A stretch of 64,000 nucleotides of DNA from Candidatus Stammera capleta (GTDB taxonomy: Bacteria > Pseudomonadota > Gammaproteobacteria > Enterobacterales > Enterobacteriaceae). Each line of letters starts with the position of its first letter. Position 1 is the first letter of the stretch. Positions 57,327 through 64,000 of this stretch are shown here, in pieces. The position numbers and the translations under genes are program-made. Location: assembly GCA_036689535.1 (NCBI GenBank), contig CP144850.1, positions 203,956-267,955 of the forward strand. The letters run 5' to 3'. Under the pieces are notes generated by a model. That model was not told where the DNA came from. It made no database searches and saw only the letters and a program-made list of their open reading frames with translations.

Positions 57327-59939
57327 ATGAAAAAAATATACCAAAGAAATATTATAGAACCTATATTATATAAGTGATGAAAAGAAAAACAAATAAATAA
57401 AAATAATACATCAAAAACATTCTCTATAATTATGCCACCACCTAATATCACAGGTAATCTCCATATAGGACATGCTTATCAACAAACAATAATGGATATT
57501 ATTATCAGATATAAAAAAATGTCTAAATACAAGACATTATGAATAATGGGTATTGATCATGCTGGTATAGCTACACAAACTTTAGTAGAAAAAAAAATTA
57601 AAAAAAAATATTCTATATATTCTAAATTATTTTTAATAAAACAATTATGAAAATGAAAAAAAAAATACGAAAAAAAAATTTTAGCACAAACCAAATTATT
57701 AGGTAGTTATATTAACTGAGATCACATATACTTCACATTAGATTCTAAATTTAATTATGCAGTAAAAACTGCTTTTATAACACTATATAATAATAAATTA
57801 ATTTATCAAGATAAAAAAATTATATCTTGAGATACTCAATGAAAAACTGTTATATCAGACTCAGAAATCATTACACACACAAAACAAATACCTCAATGAA
57901 TACTAACATTACCTGTTTTTAATAAATATAATAATAAATATATTACACATATTCTTATTACAATTAGTAAACTAGAATATTTATTAGGAAGTACAGCTAT
58001 TGTTATAAACAAAAAATACTATTTACATAATAAAAACATTAATGATACATATTGTATCAATCCACTTAATAAGTTCCTAATACCAATTATTTTAGATAAC
58101 ATTATCTCAAAAAATAAATCAAATAATATATATGGAATATTAATTGTTCCTAGTCATAGTATTAAAAGTTATAAATATGCAATTCAACATAAATTACCAT
58201 TTATTAATATATATCATAAAAATGGTTTTATTAAAAAGCATATGTCCCTATATAATTATATTGGTACCAAATACTCAAAAAAAATAAATAATAACATTTA
58301 TCCAATATATAATATCCATTATTTTATAGCACGTAAAAAAATTCTTAATATTTTATTACATAAAAAAATTATTTTACATAAAAACAACATTAAAAAAAAT
58401 ATTTTATATAGTAATAAATCTAATACTGAAATAATTCATCTATGAAAAAAACAATGATTTATTAAAACAAAACTACTTGCCAAAAATACTCTTGATATAA
58501 TTAAAAAAAAAAAAATTCTTTTATATCCTATCAATAAATATGAAAAATTATATTATTGATGACTATATAATAATCAAGACTGATGCATTTCAAGACAAAT
58601 AATTTGAGGACATAAAATACCTATTTGATATGATAACAATCATCTACCTTATACAGGTTATAATATTGCTGATGTAAGTAAGAAATATAACATACCTCAA
58701 ATACAATTAACTCAAGATACAAATACTTTAGATACTTGATTCTCCTCAGCACTATGAATACTAACAATTAATGGATGACCTAAAAAACCATTAAATAATT
58801 ATCCTATTGATTTAATAGTAAGTGGATTTGATATTATTTATTATTGAATAATTCGTATGATAATGCTAAGTACTTATTTAAATAATAATATTCTTGCTAT
58901 ACCTTTTAAACAAATATATATTACAGGATTAATTAACGATGAAAACAACCAAAAAATGTCTAAATCATTAGGTAACGTTATTGATCCTAAAGATATAATT
59001 TATGGAATTAGTTTACAAAAATTAATAAATAAAAGAATTAAAAATATTCTTAATGATAGTACAAAAAAAACTATTATCCAAAATACGAAAAAACATTTTC
59101 CTAATGGAATATCAGCATATGGAGTAGATACTCTCAGATTAACATTAACTAAAATATCTATACCTAACAAAAATATTACCTTCAATATACAACATTTAAA
59201 TGATAGTAATTATTTTTATAATAAAATATGAAATATATATAAATACTTTCTTCATATCGTTAAAAATAAAGAATATTTTTGAATCAAACGAAAAATACAT
59301 TATAAAAAATTATCAATTATTAATCAATGAATTATATATAATTATAATAAATTATTATATTTATATAAAATATATATACATAACCTTAGATTAGATTTAG
59401 TTTATCATCATTTATTCCATTTTATTGTACATATTTTTTGTGATTGATATATAGAGTTTACGAAAAAAATTTTTATTTATCAAAAAAAAGAATATAATAA
59501 CACATTATATGTTTTATTTTGACTTATTCAAAATATTTTGAAATTATTACATCCTATTATGCCATTTATCACAGAATATTTATGATCCAAAATACAAAAA
59601 TTTTATATCAATAAAAAAAAAACAATTTTATTAGAACAAACAATACCTACATATAAGTATAAATTACACCCAAATAATTTTTATTTTATATCTATTATCC
59701 AAAAAATAATATTTTATCTTAGAAAGATATCATTCAAAATACAATATAACTATATATTAATAATATTTAATCTTCATAAATTATATATAAAAAATTTTAA
59801 GAAATATTTTTTTTTAATAACTAATAATTATATTAAAAAAATAATATTTATTAATAATAAAAAAATAAAAAAATACCAAAATATAAAAATATTAATAAAA
59901 AATATATATATTATGATCAAACAAATTAAATATAAATAA
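57327..59939 (+). CDS. valS: Valyl-tRNA synthetase (870 aa)
   Basis: [72 protein letters not shown]. The C-terminal coiled-coil of E. coli ValRS (951 aa) is largely missing. Confidence 0.95.
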
Positions 59940-60010
59940 GCGAGTAGTGGGATTCGAACCCACATCATTAACTTGGAAGGCTAATATAATAACCTTTATA
60001 CAATACTCGC
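59939..60010 (-). tRNA. tRNA-Gly(UCC)
   Basis: GCGAGTATTGTATAAAGGTTATTA..CCTTCCAAG..GGGTTCGAATCCC is close to E. coli glyT. Its discriminator base coincides with the last base of the valS stop codon. Confidence 0.9.
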
Positions 60011-60028
60011 TATAACAATAAAAATATA

Positions 60029-60110
60029 TGGTGGGAGTAGGATTTGAACCTACGAAGTCAATGACAACAGATTTACAGTCTGCCCCCTTTAACCACTCGG
60101 GAATCCCACC
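60029..60110 (-). tRNA. tRNA-Tyr(GUA)
   Basis: GGTGGGATTCCCGAGTGGTTAAAGGG..GACTGTAAATC.., long variable arm. Like E. coli tyrU. Confidence 0.92.
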
Positions 60111-60148
60111 TAATTATATATAAGTACCACAAAAATTATTTATCAATA

Positions 60149-60221
60149 TGCCGGTTACCGGACTCGAACTGGTTACCGACTGATTACAAATCAGTTGCTC
60201 TACCTATTGAGCTAAACCGGC
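60149..60221 (-). tRNA. tRNA-Thr(UGU)
   Basis: GCCGGTTTAGCTCAATAGGTAGAGC..GATTTGTAATC... thrU-like position in the cluster. Confidence 0.92.
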
Positions 60222-60261
60222 ATAAAAAATAAACATTAATATCAATATATATTAATTAATT

Positions 60262-60334
60262 TGGAGTTAAGCGGAATCGAACCGCTAACCTTCTACTTGC
60301 AAAACAGACGCTCTACCTATTGAGCTATAACCCC
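60262..60334 (-). tRNA. tRNA-Ala(UGC)
   Basis: GGGGTTATAGCTCA..TTTTGCAAG.. with the G3-U70 identity pair. Not flanked by rRNA genes. Confidence 0.9.
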
Positions 60335-60467
60335 TATATATATTAATATATATTTTATTATATATGAAATATAAATTATTTTAATATATAAAATATATAA
60401 TAGCAAGTAATAATAATACTATTATTTTTATAAATAATTTTTATTTCATAATAAAAATTATTATTTT

Positions 60468-60896
60468 TTATTTATATAAATCTAAAAATTTTATAAAAAA
60501 TAAATAATTTTTTTCTTTCATAAAAGAAATAAATTTTCATTGAATATGATATTCTATACATATATTTGTAAATAAATTAAAATTATTAATAATTTTATTA
60601 TTATCAAACAATAATACATTATTCATATTTTGCATATCAATATATTGTAAAAGCTCATCACCTACAATAGTTAATACATTATTACTAAATTCTAACAAAC
60701 CTTTAGACAAAAAAAAACGTAATATTCTATGATGAGAATATAAATATAAAAATGTATGATGAACAAAAAATAATATTGGTGTATGATCAGGATAAATTTC
60801 TATATTATTAGATAGATTAATAATTTTAATAAAATTAATTAATTTTTTATAACAAATTATATTTTTCAATAAAATTACACAACAAAAATTTTTCAT
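60468..60896 (-). CDS. atpC: ATP synthase F1 epsilon subunit
   Basis: IEIYPDHTPIL..SKGLLEF..NVLTIVGDE aligns with E. coli LGIYPGHAPLL..SGGILEV..NVTVLAD. The start at 60896 matches E. coli spacing. The TGA at 60537 is read through, giving a TAA stop at 60468. Confidence 0.82.
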
Positions 60897-60918
60897 ATAT
60901 ACAGATCTCAAAATATAT

Positions 60919-62313
<1,395 letters not shown>

Positions 62314-63192
62314 TTACACATACAAATTAGATATTAATTCTAATAATTCATTAGTAACAGAAATTTGTCTAAATTTATTAGATAATGTAGTATACAAAGT
62401 AAATAAATTATTAGAACTTTGTACTGATCTATGCATTACCATAATTCTTACTATATATTCAGATAATATATTATTTAATATATGATAAGTAATCATAGTA
62501 TTAATATAATTAATTAATAAATTGTCAATATACTTATATATTTTAGTACTATATATATATTTAAGATTAACATTATTTAAATTTATCTTAATAGGTAAAA
62601 TTTGACTAATATTAGGTATAATATGATGTTTATTTATAAATATATTATTTACTAAATAAATAGTAACATCATAATTTCATTTAATAAAAATATTAGTAAT
62701 ATATACAGTAATATATCTTTTTATATTAATACCATATATAGTATCTAAATTATTAATATATAAAACCTTATATTTAATATTTTTTTTTTTAAACAAGATT
62801 AAATAATCTTTACCTTTTTTACCTATAATAATTAATGATATAATTTTATTTTGATATTTATTATCAATAATATATTTAATTAAGTATTGAAATAAATCTA
62901 AATTTAAATGTGCACAAAAACCATGATCTGTGGTCACTATAATATAAATATGATTTAATGTCTTTACTATTTTAGTATCTATTTGAACAAAAGGAATAAT
63001 ATATTCATAATATAAAAAATTTATTTTCTTATGTATTAAATCAAAATAATACTGATAATAATCATTATATATCTTATATTCAAAATATAATTTTTTATAT
63101 TTAGATAATGAAAGTAATTCTACAGATTTAGTTAATTTATATATATAATAAATACTGTTTTTTTTATCACTAATTTTTTTTATATTCCTCAT
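62314..63192 (-). CDS. atpG: ATP synthase F1 gamma subunit
   Basis: MRNIKKIS..IYKLTKSVELLS (E. coli [22 protein letters not shown]), TTDHGFCAHLN, C-terminal ..ISVTNELLELIS. Two pieces in one frame. Confidence 0.85.
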
Positions 63193-63239
63193 ATATAACA
63201 CCTTTTAACTAATATTAATATTATTATATATAATTATCA

Positions 63240-64000
63240 TTAGTTAGAAAAAAATTTTTTATTAAAATTCATTAAAATTTTTTTAATAGTTTTTATAATA
63301 TGTTTATTAACTAAACCATATTTATTTATATAATCTTCTAAAATGATATATTTATCATTAACATATTGATATAATTTATATTCATATATACTAATTTGTG
63401 TAATAAGAATATGATTTAAATATTTATATTTTAAAGCAAAAAAAATTAATATTTGTTTAAATAAAGATAAAGGTGAATAAGGAGATTGTTTTAAAACTTC
63501 TACTATTCTTTTACCATAATTTAAATAATATGTAGTATTAATATCTAAATTACTAGTAAATTGAGTAAAATGTAATAAATCATAATATTGAGATAATATA
63601 GTACGTAATGAACTTGTAACTAATTTCATAATAGGATATTGTGCTGATGTCCCCACTCTTGAAACAGAAATCCCAGGATTTATAGCAGGTTTAATACCAC
63701 TATGAAATAAATTAGATTCTAAAAAAATTTGTCCATCAGTAATAGAAATAATATTTGTAGGTATAAAAGTTGAAATATCACCATCATAGGTTTCTACTAT
63801 AGGTAATGCAGTTAATGAACCTGTAGTATTTGTCAATAAATAATTTCTATTATAATGCCTAATAAAATCAGCATTAACATAAGCTGCACGTTCTAATAAT
63901 CTAGCATGTAAATAAAAAATATCTCCTGGATAAGCTTCTCTACCTGGAGGACGACGTAACAACAAAGAAATTTGTCTATATGAAATAGCATGTTTAGATA
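63240..64000 (-). CDS. atpA: ATP synthase F1 alpha subunit, C-terminal part (5' end lies outside the window)
   Basis: [62 protein letters not shown]. The frame stays open to the window edge. Confidence 0.96.
   Translation of the reverse strand, partial: SKHAISYRQISLLLRRPPGREAYPGDIFYLHARLLERAAYVNADFIRHYNRNYLLTNTTGSLTALPIVETYDGDISTFIPTNIISITDGQIFLESNLFHSGIKPAINPGISVSRVGTSAQYPIMKLVTSSLRTILSQYYDLLHFTQFTSNLDINTTYYLNYGKRIVEVLKQSPYSPLSLFKQILIFFALKYKYLNHILITQISIYEYKLYQYVNDKYIILEDYINKYGLVNKHIIKTIKKILMNFNKKFFSN

Noticed and set aside
59000-59394. Two ORFs (59000-59185 on the minus strand and 59200-59394 on the plus strand) within valS.
   Set aside because: One is antisense and the other is out of frame relative to valS, which reads continuously in frame 0 with conserved motifs across this region.

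Overview
The window is extremely AT-rich (roughly 15% G+C by eye) and densely packed with housekeeping genes. It has the hallmarks of a tiny-genome insect-endosymbiont-type bacterium. Gene order is Enterobacterales/E. coli-like: lepA-lepB-rnc-era, secE-nusG-rplKAJL-rpoBC, ybeY-ybeZ-miaB, rpsU-dnaG-rpoD with divergent tsaD, frr..rseP-bamA-skp..dnaE, trxA-rho, atpAGDC, and a thrU-tyrU-glyT-like tRNA cluster. The key point is that the supplied standard-code ORF track is misleading. Nearly every long gene looks fragmented, but all fragments of a gene share one frame and are joined only by TGA codons. These TGAs fall on invariant Trp positions of the E. coli orthologues, so UGA is read as Trp (translation table 4), while TAA and TAG remain stops. 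Re-read this way, I find about 54 intact CDSs and 13 tRNA genes. I find no rRNA, mobile elements, CRISPR, defence or secondary-metabolite loci, and no obvious pseudogenes. The most interesting observation is that the only tRNA-Trp gene in the window has a CCA anticodon, not UCA. It also has a U11-A24 D-stem pair, the pair created by the classic Hirsh UGA-suppressor mutation. Other observations:
- Every family-box tRNA here carries U34.
- No tRNA gene encodes a 3' CCA, while cca is retained with a degenerate HD motif.
- trxA has a WCNAC active site.
- rpoD lacks region 1.1.
- Several enzymes have lost accessory domains.
- The frr-to-dnaE envelope operon has lost its dxr/uppS/cdsA and lpxD-to-rnhB blocks.
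- Two spacers of about 0.6 kb contrast with gene ends that overlap elsewhere.
A Stammera-like Enterobacterales symbiont is my guess for the source, and it cannot be confirmed from this window. Coordinates were derived by hand and may be off by a few nucleotides, especially at tRNA ends and alternative start codons.
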